Source: an uncultured Pseudomonadales bacterium (lineage in GTDB: Bacteria > Patescibacteriota > Microgenomatia > UBA1400 > MFAQ01). From it: 64,000 nt of DNA. The stretch is from positions 6,378 to 70,377 of the forward strand of contig CAYSAM010000003.1 in assembly GCA_964429015.1 (NCBI GenBank), written 5' to 3'. This document shows positions 38,046-46,248 of the stretch, piece after piece. Position numbers and translations under genes: made by a program. The notes beneath the pieces are model-generated. The model had not been told where the DNA came from. It did no database searches and saw only the letters and a list, made by a program, of their open reading frames with translations. Numbering within the stretch: position 1 is the stretch's first letter; each line of letters begins with the position of its first letter.

Positions 38046-38110
38046 CCAACCCGGCTTTTTTGTCGCAAAAAATCCTCGAGGACTGGTACAAAAAAGTAAG
38101 CAAGTAAAAG

Positions 38111-38917
38111 CTAGTTCTTCATCTCAGACATAAACAACTCAAGTTTTTTGACGCCCATATCGAGTTCGGCCATATTTCCCTCCCAGACATAATAAGGAAA
38201 CTGGTATTTCCCCTTTTTAACTAGTCTGGTTTTCTCAAAAACATTTTTGTTGACCATTGGACCCTTTTCAGTCTGAATAAGTCTAGAGCTAGATCTAGTA
38301 AGTTGAAGAGTCATACTCCGAACATCAATATGTAGTTTTACAACTGGAACCATTTTTTCCGCGTTTTCAGTTTTTGGAAACAGATATATTATCCCATTTT
38401 TCAAAAAACCATTCTCAACACCATCAAAGCCAGGCAGGACCGCTTTAATGCTAGATAAAACTTCTTCAGTTATGGTTTTTTCCAGTTGCTCCTTCTTTCT
38501 TTTTGTAAACTCTATCTCAGCTCTAATTTCTTGAGATTTTTCTACAAAAAATCTACTACTCTCCAATTCAGTTATCGCTTTAAAAATCATATTGTAACCA
38601 CCACCTTCCAAGTTGGCGTTTGTATATCCTTCAGATTTTCTTTCAGGCAGTAAAAGCCCTTCCACTGTTTTGTCAAGTTCTATTGGAAGACTATATATAC
38701 CGTCGAAGCCCACCGAAAGCAAAACATGCTTTGATCCAATTCTTGTTTCTGTAACATTTATTCTTCCAGAAATTAAATTTTCCACATCTACCACCTTCTC
38801 GTAGCACTTATAAGGTGAATGTTTTTTGTCTTCTTCTTGTAGTTTATAGCCAAGTCTTGCCATCAGTTCACTTAAACTTCTAATTTGTTTTTCACTTTCT
38901 CTACTTTCTGTCGACAT
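38111..38917 (-). CDS. Hypothetical protein
   Basis: 268-aa ORF; TATAAT 5 nt upstream of the ATG. Confidence 0.7.
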   Translation of the reverse strand: MSTESRESEKQIRSLSELMARLGYKLQEEDKKHSPYKCYEKVVDVENLISGRINVTETRIGSKHVLLSVGFDGIYSLPIELDKTVEGLLLPERKSEGYTNANLEGGGYNMIFKAITELESSRFFVEKSQEIRAEIEFTKRKKEQLEKTITEEVLSSIKAVLPGFDGVENGFLKNGIIYLFPKTENAEKMVPVVKLHIDVRSMTLQLTRSSSRLIQTEKGPMVNKNVFEKTRLVKKGKYQFPYYVWEGNMAELDMGVKKLELFMSEMKN

Positions 38918-39001
38918 AAGTTATTATAAACTTTATAGCTTCTCTATCCGCTCGCAAAAAATCCCGAACAAGTCGGGACTTTTTGACGAAAACAAATAAA
39001 A

Positions 39002-39142
39002 TTATTTGGCTCCGATTTTGAACATCTTAGTTCCACAGGCTGGGCAGACAGCTTTAACGGCTGGCTTACCATTCTTCATGGTAACTTGCTCAAATTTCTC
39101 AACCTCTTTTTTTGCTCTACATTTTACACAATAGATTTGCAT
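39002..39142 (-). CDS. Small zinc-ribbon protein (DUF5679-like; not in ORF track)
   Basis: MQIYCVKCRAKKEVEKFEQVTMKNGKPAVKAVCPACGTKMFKIGAK; strong SD GGGGGTGA. Confidence 0.85.
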   Translation of the reverse strand: MQIYCVKCRAKKEVEKFEQVTMKNGKPAVKAVCPACGTKMFKIGAK

Positions 39143-39176
39143 TTACTTAGTTCACCCCCTTTCTTTTTGTTAGTGC

Positions 39177-39410
39177 CTAGGATAAATAATGCCACAAGGC
39201 TAATTCTAAGGCTAGAACAAGCATAGTGAGCACAAATGTCTTTGTCAAGTCTGCCTTAAAATACCCAGTATCTACTTTGATCTCTTTAGATACATTTTTA
39301 TCTGCTTCCGGCGTTTTTAGCCACTCAGATTTAATTTGAAACCCGGCTTTTCTTTCTACTGTTTTAAGTTTTTGGCTTTTTGTTCTACGCATTTTTTTGG
39401 TCATATTCAA
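39177..39410 (-). CDS. Small basic protein with C-terminal TM helix
   Basis: DLTKTFVLTMLVLALELALW tail. Confidence 0.6.
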   Translation of the reverse strand: MNMTKKMRRTKSQKLKTVERKAGFQIKSEWLKTPEADKNVSKEIKVDTGYFKADLTKTFVLTMLVLALELALWHYLS

Positions 39411-39437
39411 GCTAAATTGTATAGTAAAATTTAATCT

Positions 39438-39890
39438 ATGTCAGTTGAACAAATACTACTTGGTATCTTAACTATTTGGTTGATCGCTATAACCTACCTC
39501 TATTACAGACTTCAAAGTCACTACTCAAAACTCACAGCCGATGTTTCCAAAAAGGATTTAATCAGTAGTCTTAACCAACTTATTTCAGTTTCTGTTGAAA
39601 ATAGCGAATCTCTCAAAAATCTTTCTGAAAAACTAAAATCTGAAATAGAAGAGAATAAAAAACACCTCCAAAAGATAGGCTTTAATCGCTACAATCCATT
39701 TACAGACACTGGGGGAGACCAAAGCTTTTCTCTAAGTTTGCTAGATGAAAATGGTGATGGAATTGTGATAAGCTCTTTACATAGTCGAGAAAATACCCGC
39801 CTCTACGCCAAAAAGGTCGTTAACGGTAAAGTAGAAAATCAAGCCACCTCGGCAGAAGAAGTATTAGTTATAAAAGAAGCTCTTAAGTAA
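39438..39890 (+). CDS. DUF4446-family protein
   Basis: N-terminal TM; RYNPFTDTGGDQSFS..LLD..GDG.VISSLHSR..TRLYAK. Confidence 0.85.
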   Translation: MSVEQILLGILTIWLIAITYLYYRLQSHYSKLTADVSKKDLISSLNQLISVSVENSESLKNLSEKLKSEIEENKKHLQKIGFNRYNPFTDTGGDQSFSLSLLDENGDGIVISSLHSRENTRLYAKKVVNGKVENQATSAEEVLVIKEALK

Positions 39891-39893
39891 ACA

Positions 39894-41108
39894 ATGGACC
39901 AAAATAAATTTCCAAATATCAAAAGTATATTAGTTTTAACCTTGGCATTCGCCATTTCTTTCGGTTTAACTTACATTTTTCTTCCGGTAAGCAAGGGAAG
40001 CTTAGTTTCTCCAAAAGCAGAACTAGAAAAAAATAGAGTTACTGCTGGATTCAATCAATTTGCCAATCAACCAAAAACAGAAACTTGTCCCATAAACGGA
40101 GCCCTTTTTAGTAAAGAAGAAAAAGCTCTCTGGGAACAAAAAAGACCAATTCTTACAATGATCGAAAACTCACTAGACGCAAGGCCACAATCAGGCTTAG
40201 GTTCATCAGACGTTGTCTATGAAGCTGTTGCTGAAGGCGGTATTACTCGCTTTATGGGTGTCTTTTATTGTGGAGCTCAAGCTGACAAACTTGCCGTCGG
40301 TCCTGTTCGCAGTGCACGCATTTATTTTGTAAACATAGCTGCTGAGTACAATACTCCTGTCTACATGCACGTCGGCGGTGGTAACTGCAGCCGTGACGAA
40401 GCCAGTGGTCAATGCACCTCAAACAAAAAAGCTTGGGCCTTGGAAGAACTACAAAAACTAGGCTGGAGAAAGCCAGGAGGTAATGACTTCGATACTATTG
40501 GTGATATTGGCAAGCCAGTGCTTTATAGAGATGAAGACCGACTTGGTCGTGACGTTGCCACCGAACATACTATGATGGGTTCCTTACCAGATGCGTGGCG
40601 TCAAGCCGCCAAGCGCGGATACACCAGCCAATCAGCTGATGGAAAAACTACATGGGTCGCTGGTTTCAAGCCATGGAAAATCGGCACTCCAGATACTGCA
40701 AAATCCACTCCAGCCACCACAATCAACTACGATTTCTGGCAAAACTATCCAGACTTTGCTGTAACTTGGAAGTACGATGCAGCTACAAAAACCTATTTAA
40801 GATCACAAGGCTCAACTGCTCACATCGATCACGATACCAAAAAACAGTTATCAGCAACTAACATCATTGTTCAGTTTGCCAAACAAGAAGGTCCCTTGGA
40901 TGATCACAAACATATGTTCTATAACGTCATAGGTGAAGGCACTGGTATCTACTTCAACAACGGTGTTGCTCAAGATATCAAATGGAAAAAAGCAAAACAG
41001 TTAGACCGCACTATCTTCACAGACACAGCGGGAAAAGAGATTGTCTTTTCTCCAGGTCAGTTTTGGGTAAGTATTTTACCCATCGGCAACAAAGTCATAT
41101 ATAATTAA
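39894..41108 (+). CDS. DUF3048-domain protein
   Basis: MIENSLDARPQSGL..DVVYE..AEGGITRF..GPVRSAR. Confidence 0.88.
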   Translation: MDQNKFPNIKSILVLTLAFAISFGLTYIFLPVSKGSLVSPKAELEKNRVTAGFNQFANQPKTETCPINGALFSKEEKALWEQKRPILTMIENSLDARPQSGLGSSDVVYEAVAEGGITRFMGVFYCGAQADKLAVGPVRSARIYFVNIAAEYNTPVYMHVGGGNCSRDEASGQCTSNKKAWALEELQKLGWRKPGGNDFDTIGDIGKPVLYRDEDRLGRDVATEHTMMGSLPDAWRQAAKRGYTSQSADGKTTWVAGFKPWKIGTPDTAKSTPATTINYDFWQNYPDFAVTWKYDAATKTYLRSQGSTAHIDHDTKKQLSATNIIVQFAKQEGPLDDHKHMFYNVIGEGTGIYFNNGVAQDIKWKKAKQLDRTIFTDTAGKEIVFSPGQFWVSILPIGNKVIYN

Positions 41109-41140
41109 GCCGAAGCTGCAGAAATGCAAGCAAAAAATAT

Positions 41141-41722
41141 ATGGCCAAGCTTTCTGATTTAATAATATCTAAGGTTCGTGTTAAACTTCTAAAAATATTT
41201 TTAGGCAACGCAAAGGGTCTTTACTATGTTCGTGAGTTGACCAGAATGACCAAGGAAGAAATAAACGCTATCAGAAGGGAGTTAGATAATTTGCTAAAAT
41301 CTGGTTTACTGCAAAGTGAAAAGCGTGGTAATCGTCTTTACTACTCTGTAAAAACAAGTTATAGCCTATACCCAGAACTTGTCAGTTTAGTAACCAAATC
41401 TACAGGTCTAGGAAAGTTAGTTGCCAAAAATCGTAGCAAGTTAGGATTTGTAAAATTTCTCTTTGTTTCCCAACGCCTAGCAAGAGGCTTGGAAAGACAG
41501 CCAGAAGATATCGATCTCTTAATCGTGGGAAAAGTTATCATGCCTCAGGTGGCACTTCTTATAAAAAATATAGAAAAGATTTTAAGTAGCGAAATAAACT
41601 ATTCCTGTATGACTGAGGAGGAGTTTTCTTATCGCAAAAATCACCAAGATCCATTTATTGTCAAAATCTTACTTCAGCCAAAAATAATGCTTATTGGTGA
41701 TGAAATAAACCTTCAAAACTAA
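41141..41722 (+). CDS. wHTH regulator with nucleotidyltransferase-like C-terminus
   Basis: SKVRVKLL, YVREL.R..INAIRREL, DIDLLIVG. Confidence 0.7.
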   Translation: MAKLSDLIISKVRVKLLKIFLGNAKGLYYVRELTRMTKEEINAIRRELDNLLKSGLLQSEKRGNRLYYSVKTSYSLYPELVSLVTKSTGLGKLVAKNRSKLGFVKFLFVSQRLARGLERQPEDIDLLIVGKVIMPQVALLIKNIEKILSSEINYSCMTEEEFSYRKNHQDPFIVKILLQPKIMLIGDEINLQN

Positions 41723-41922
41723 TGCCCAAACAAAAAATAATCCGTATTGGTAACTCGCTTGGACTTACTCTCCCGTCTCGCTTTGTTCAAAATCTTTCTC
41801 TAAAAATAGGCGATAGTATAGATCTTAAATATCACAGTGATGACTCACTAATACTTTCTTTTCCGGACAACTCGCAGCTAACACTTCTGCCAAATTCCAC
41901 AAAAAACAATAACAATAGGTAA
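41722..41922 (+). CDS. AbrB/MazE/SpoVT-family DNA-binding protein
   Basis: KIIRIGNSLGLTLP...L.LKIGD. Confidence 0.8.
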   Translation: MPKQKIIRIGNSLGLTLPSRFVQNLSLKIGDSIDLKYHSDDSLILSFPDNSQLTLLPNSTKNNNNR

Positions 41923-41934
41923 TATAATTTTGCT

Positions 41935-43281
41935 ATGACTTTTTCCAAACCCACCAAAGTTTTTTTCTTCCTTATTTTCCTTACTATATTTTCTCTCTAC
42001 ATTGCTCTGCCTGCAAAAATTGGCAAGTACCAAATTCCCAGATTAAACTTTAAGTTAGGAAAACTTGATCTTTCCAAAGAAATAGAGATAAAACAAGGTT
42101 TAGATATAAAAGGTGGAGTACAAGTTACCTTAGCAACTGACACATCAAAAATCCCAGAAGATCAAAAAAAAGATGCCATCGACTCTCTAAAAGATGTCGT
42201 TGGTAGGAGAATAGATCTCTATGGAGTCACAGAAGTTTCATTAAAAACACTTCAAAATGGCAAAGATTATCGTTTGGTTCTCGAGCTACCTGGGGTAACA
42301 GATTCTCAAGAGGCTCTAAATTTACTTGGTCAAACAGCCAAAATGGAGTTTGCCCTACCTATTTTTTCAGCTTCACCGTCAGCAACAGAGTCCGCTCAGC
42401 TCATTGGCTTTGAACCCACCGATCTTTCAGGTTCAGATCTAAAAAAAGCCCAGGTTACTTTTCAAACAGACGATCGCTTGCCCGCAGTATCTCTTGAGTT
42501 TAGTGAACAAGGTCGCCAAAAATTCGCCAAAATAACCAAAGACAATTTGGGTAAACAAGTGGCAATTCTTCTAGATGGTTATCCGCTCACTATGCCTACA
42601 GTTCAAACTGAAATTAGGGATGGTAATGCAATTATTACTGGTAGTTTTACTGTCGACGAGGCCAAATCATTGGCAATAAAACTAAATGCTGGTGCTCTGC
42701 CGGTTCCAATTAGTGTCTTAAGTCAAAAAAATATTCCTGCGACTCTTGGTGCAGAATCTATCCAAAAGAGCCTTCTGGCGGGCGGTATTGGCCTAGCTAT
42801 GGTCATTATTTTTATGGTTCTAAACTACGGCAAAATGGGTTTGATTGCCTCTGTTGGATTAACTTTATATGGTTTATTTACTATTGTTCTGTATAAGCTA
42901 ATTCCCGTCGTTTTAAGTTTGCCAGGTATTGCCGGTTTTCTACTTTCGGTGGGTATGGCTGTTGATAGCAACATTTTAGTTTTTGAACGCTACAAGGAAG
43001 AGATTAGGAGTGGTCGTTCTTGGCAAGTAGCTCTAGAGCTCGCCTTTGGTCGTGCCTGGGATTCTATTAAGGACGCCAACACTGCTACCATCATCACAGG
43101 CTTAATTCTTTTTAATCCGCTGAATTGGAACTTTTTAAACACTTCTGGTTCTGTCAGAGGTTTTGCTCTAACTCTTATATTAGGAATCTTCATTTCCCTT
43201 TTTACTGGCATCGTTGTAACAAGAAACCTCCTCCGCCTATTTTTCAAAGGCAAGACGTTGTCATTACGAAAAACAAAGTGA
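41935..43281 (+). CDS. secD: Protein translocase subunit SecD
   Basis: GLDIKGG, LNAGALPVP, GMAVDSNILVFER, VRGFA. Confidence 0.96.
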   Translation: MTFSKPTKVFFFLIFLTIFSLYIALPAKIGKYQIPRLNFKLGKLDLSKEIEIKQGLDIKGGVQVTLATDTSKIPEDQKKDAIDSLKDVVGRRIDLYGVTEVSLKTLQNGKDYRLVLELPGVTDSQEALNLLGQTAKMEFALPIFSASPSATESAQLIGFEPTDLSGSDLKKAQVTFQTDDRLPAVSLEFSEQGRQKFAKITKDNLGKQVAILLDGYPLTMPTVQTEIRDGNAIITGSFTVDEAKSLAIKLNAGALPVPISVLSQKNIPATLGAESIQKSLLAGGIGLAMVIIFMVLNYGKMGLIASVGLTLYGLFTIVLYKLIPVVLSLPGIAGFLLSVGMAVDSNILVFERYKEEIRSGRSWQVALELAFGRAWDSIKDANTATIITGLILFNPLNWNFLNTSGSVRGFALTLILGIFISLFTGIVVTRNLLRLFFKGKTLSLRKTK

Positions 43282-43322
43282 CGCGGCAATCTATATAAAT
43301 AAAAAAAACACATCAAAAAAAC

Positions 43323-44183
43323 ATGAACTGGATGAAGCACCTCTCCCTCTACTTTTTACTTTCAGCGCTAATAATTATTCCCGGAACCTATTCCTTAACT
43401 AAATACGGCTTTAAACTTTCAATTGAGTTTACTGGTGGAACCTTGGCTAGTTTTAACATTGAAGACAGTAAAAAAAACAATTTAGTCCAGTCTTTAAATG
43501 CATACAACCCGCAAACCGAAAATAACATTCCAGGTCACATTACCCTCAAGCTCAAAGAAATTTCCGAAAAAGATCTTTTGCAAATTATGCAAAAAACCAG
43601 CACTTTAAGTGCAGAGATAAATCTTAGTAGTTTTGAAACAGTCGGACCTGTTCTCGGTCAAGAAACTCTCAAAAAAACTCTTAATGCCTTAGCTATTTCT
43701 TCTTTGCTTTTGCTTATATATATAAGCAGTGCTTTTAAACAATTTAAATATGGTGTTAGCGCCATTATCGCCATGTTGCACGATACTGTAGTTCTTCTAG
43801 GATCTTTTTCCCTTCTAGGGCACTTTTATGGTATCGAAGTTGACTTGCTTTTTGTAACTGCCGTTCTCACTATTCTTTCATTTTCTGTTCACGATACTAT
43901 TGTTGTTTATGACCGTATTAGAGAGTTAAGTCACAAGGTAAAAGGCGTATCTTTTGTAGATCTTGTCAACCAAGCTGTTTCTGAAACCATGGTCCGTTCC
44001 CTGAACAACTCCTTAACTATTATTTTTATGCTTATCGCCATGTTCCTAATTGGGGGAGAGTCCACCAAATATTTTTCCTTAGCTCTGTTAATCGGTACCA
44101 TTACCGGAACTTACTCTAGTACTTTCACCGCCGCTCCACTCCTTGTTGTTTGGAATAAATTATTCGAAAAAAATAAAAAATAG
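43323..44183 (+). CDS. secF: Protein translocase subunit SecF
   Basis: IEFTGG, VGP.LG, HD, FSVHDTIVVYDRIRE, GTYSS. Confidence 0.96.
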   Translation: MNWMKHLSLYFLLSALIIIPGTYSLTKYGFKLSIEFTGGTLASFNIEDSKKNNLVQSLNAYNPQTENNIPGHITLKLKEISEKDLLQIMQKTSTLSAEINLSSFETVGPVLGQETLKKTLNALAISSLLLLIYISSAFKQFKYGVSAIIAMLHDTVVLLGSFSLLGHFYGIEVDLLFVTAVLTILSFSVHDTIVVYDRIRELSHKVKGVSFVDLVNQAVSETMVRSLNNSLTIIFMLIAMFLIGGESTKYFSLALLIGTITGTYSSTFTAAPLLVVWNKLFEKNKK

Positions 44184-44631
44184 GCACTCAATCAGGTTAC
44201 CTGGTTATGATTACTCACAAAGTGGGTGGTATTTTGTCACCATTTGTTCATATAAACACGAATGTATTTTTGGGGAAATTGTTGACGGAGAAATGAAATT
44301 AAACGAAATTGGGAAAAACGTGGAACAAAAAATTTTGGAAATGCCAAAGTATTATGGAATAAAAATTGATTGTTTTTGCGTTATGCCAAATCATATACAT
44401 GTTGTTATGGTTATTCCCAACCGTTCGACAATAATAGGGCAGGCGCAGGGGCCTGCCCCTACCATTGGTGAATATGTTAAACGTTTAAAAACCATTACGA
44501 CCAAAAAACAAAAAATGTGGCAACGCAATTATTATGAACATATCGTTCGTGATGATGTGGACATCTCTCGAATTCGTGAATATGTTAATTCAAATGTAAA
44601 AAATTGGATAATTGATAAATTAAATGCGTAG
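44143..44631 (+). mobile_element. REP-associated tyrosine transposase (RAYT, Y1/IS200 superfamily); start codon unclear
   Basis: RHSIRLPGYDYSQ.G.YFVTIC, HUH motif MPNHIH, WQRNYYEHIVR; REPs inside and downstream. Confidence 0.88.
44437..44462 (-). repeat. REP inside the RAYT gene
   Basis: Reverse complement gtaggggcaggcccctgcgcctgccc. Confidence 0.85.
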
Positions 44632-44711
44632 GGGCAGGCCCCCGTGCCTGCCCTTGTATATCCCCCATGCCTGCCCTTGTATATCCCCCATGCCTGCCCT
44701 TGAACTGCCCC
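44628..44711 (+). repeat. REP plus two 23-bp tandem derivatives
   Basis: gtaggggcaggcccccgtgcctgccc then (ttgtatatcccccatgcctgccc)x2. Confidence 0.88.
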
Positions 44712-44713
44712 CG

Positions 44714-46210
44714 CTACCCTCGGGTTGACATATTATTTTCCCCTATCTCCAAAACTCTCTTCAATAAATACTCTCTTTGATTTTTTGAAGTATCCTCCAA
44801 TACTTCCTCAAATAATTCCTTCAAAACTTTACCAATAATGGGTCCAGGCGCTACTTTCAAAACCTCCATCACATCTTTTCCGTTCACTGCCATATCATTT
44901 ATCTCCATAGGCTCAAATAGTTGTTCACCAATTCTTTTTTGTAGTTCCAAAAATCTCCAACTTGTTGTCTTAGAGCCACTCCCTTTTCGGTCAGAAATTC
45001 TAAGTAGTACCAAGTCAGCAATATTCTCTTTACCCACCTTTCGAATTAATCTTCTTATGGCACTATCTGTCATAGAGGGTTGATAGTTAAACATATGCCA
45101 TCGGACCAATGTCTCTATTTTTTCAATTTCCTTTCGGCTAAATCTGAGCCTTTCTGCAATCTCTTTTGCCATTCTTGCTCCAATTACCTCGTGGCCATAA
45201 AAAGTAATCATTCCTCTTGTTGGTTGTTTGTAGCCACAATTTGCACATGTGTGAAAATCATCAGGAAGATCTCTAAACATTTTTCCGCATTTTCTACATT
45301 TAAATCGCTGACTTCTAGGTTTACCAATATCATGAATCAATGCTACAAATCGTACTAGTGGATTGGGTGATGGACAATTTTTTAAGCTCTGAATCGAGTG
45401 CTCCAAAACCGACCATTCGTGGTGTCCACCTTGTGCAGTATTCTTACCCTCAAGAATTTCGGGTAAAAAATAATTTATTAAGTTGGTAGATATTAAAAGG
45501 CTAAGGCCGTCGGCAGGATAGTTAGATCCTAAAATTTTCAAGAACTCTTCTCTTACTCTCTCCTTGCTAATTTTTTCTAGCAAAGCTGCATTTTTGCTTA
45601 CAGCTACAAGTGTTTCAGTGTCAATTGCAAATCCCAGTTTCGAAGCAAACCTAATTGCTCTCATCATTCTCAAGGCGTCTTCGCGGAATCGTCTATCAGG
45701 ATCTCCTACAGCTTTTATAACCCCTTTCTCAAAATCAGCTAGTCCTCCCACCAAATCAATCAACTCCCACTGTGATCTGTGATCTGTTATCTGTGATCTA
45801 TATCCCACCACTAGTGCATTTACCGTAAAATCCCTCCTAACTATATCCTCCTCCAAGTTTTTACCCCAAGAAACATTATCAGGTCGCCTAAAGTCAGAGT
45901 ACTCCTTTTCCGATCTGTATGTAGTAATCTCATACAACTCTTCCGTTCCGTCAACGTTCACATTGTAGGATACTGTCCCAAAATCATTATTATAAAAAGG
46001 ATTAAGATCCTTTAGTACTTCCAAGCTTTCCTCGGGGGTAGCGTTTGTGGTCAAGTCACAGTTTTCCGGTCGTTTGTTAACTAGTAGGTTCCTCACTCCG
46101 CCACCTACCAAATAAATCTCAAATCCTGCCTTAATATAAAGATCCATCACCACATTTAAGGCTTCGGGTATCAACGCAATTTCATCTGCTACCAAGTCTC
46201 TTTTGTACAC
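44714..46210 (-). CDS. CCA-adding enzyme / poly(A) polymerase family with HD domain
   Basis: LVGGGVRN, RRDFTVNA, RFREDALRMMRAIRF, ERVREE, HDIGKP. Confidence 0.92.
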   Translation of the reverse strand: MYKRDLVADEIALIPEALNVVMDLYIKAGFEIYLVGGGVRNLLVNKRPENCDLTTNATPEESLEVLKDLNPFYNNDFGTVSYNVNVDGTEELYEITTYRSEKEYSDFRRPDNVSWGKNLEEDIVRRDFTVNALVVGYRSQITDHRSQWELIDLVGGLADFEKGVIKAVGDPDRRFREDALRMMRAIRFASKLGFAIDTETLVAVSKNAALLEKISKERVREEFLKILGSNYPADGLSLLISTNLINYFLPEILEGKNTAQGGHHEWSVLEHSIQSLKNCPSPNPLVRFVALIHDIGKPRSQRFKCRKCGKMFRDLPDDFHTCANCGYKQPTRGMITFYGHEVIGARMAKEIAERLRFSRKEIEKIETLVRWHMFNYQPSMTDSAIRRLIRKVGKENIADLVLLRISDRKGSGSKTTSWRFLELQKRIGEQLFEPMEINDMAVNGKDVMEVLKVAPGPIIGKVLKELFEEVLEDTSKNQREYLLKRVLEIGENNMSTRG

Positions 46211-46248
46211 GCCACAATCTTATCACGCCACTACAGTAAAATAGAGCC

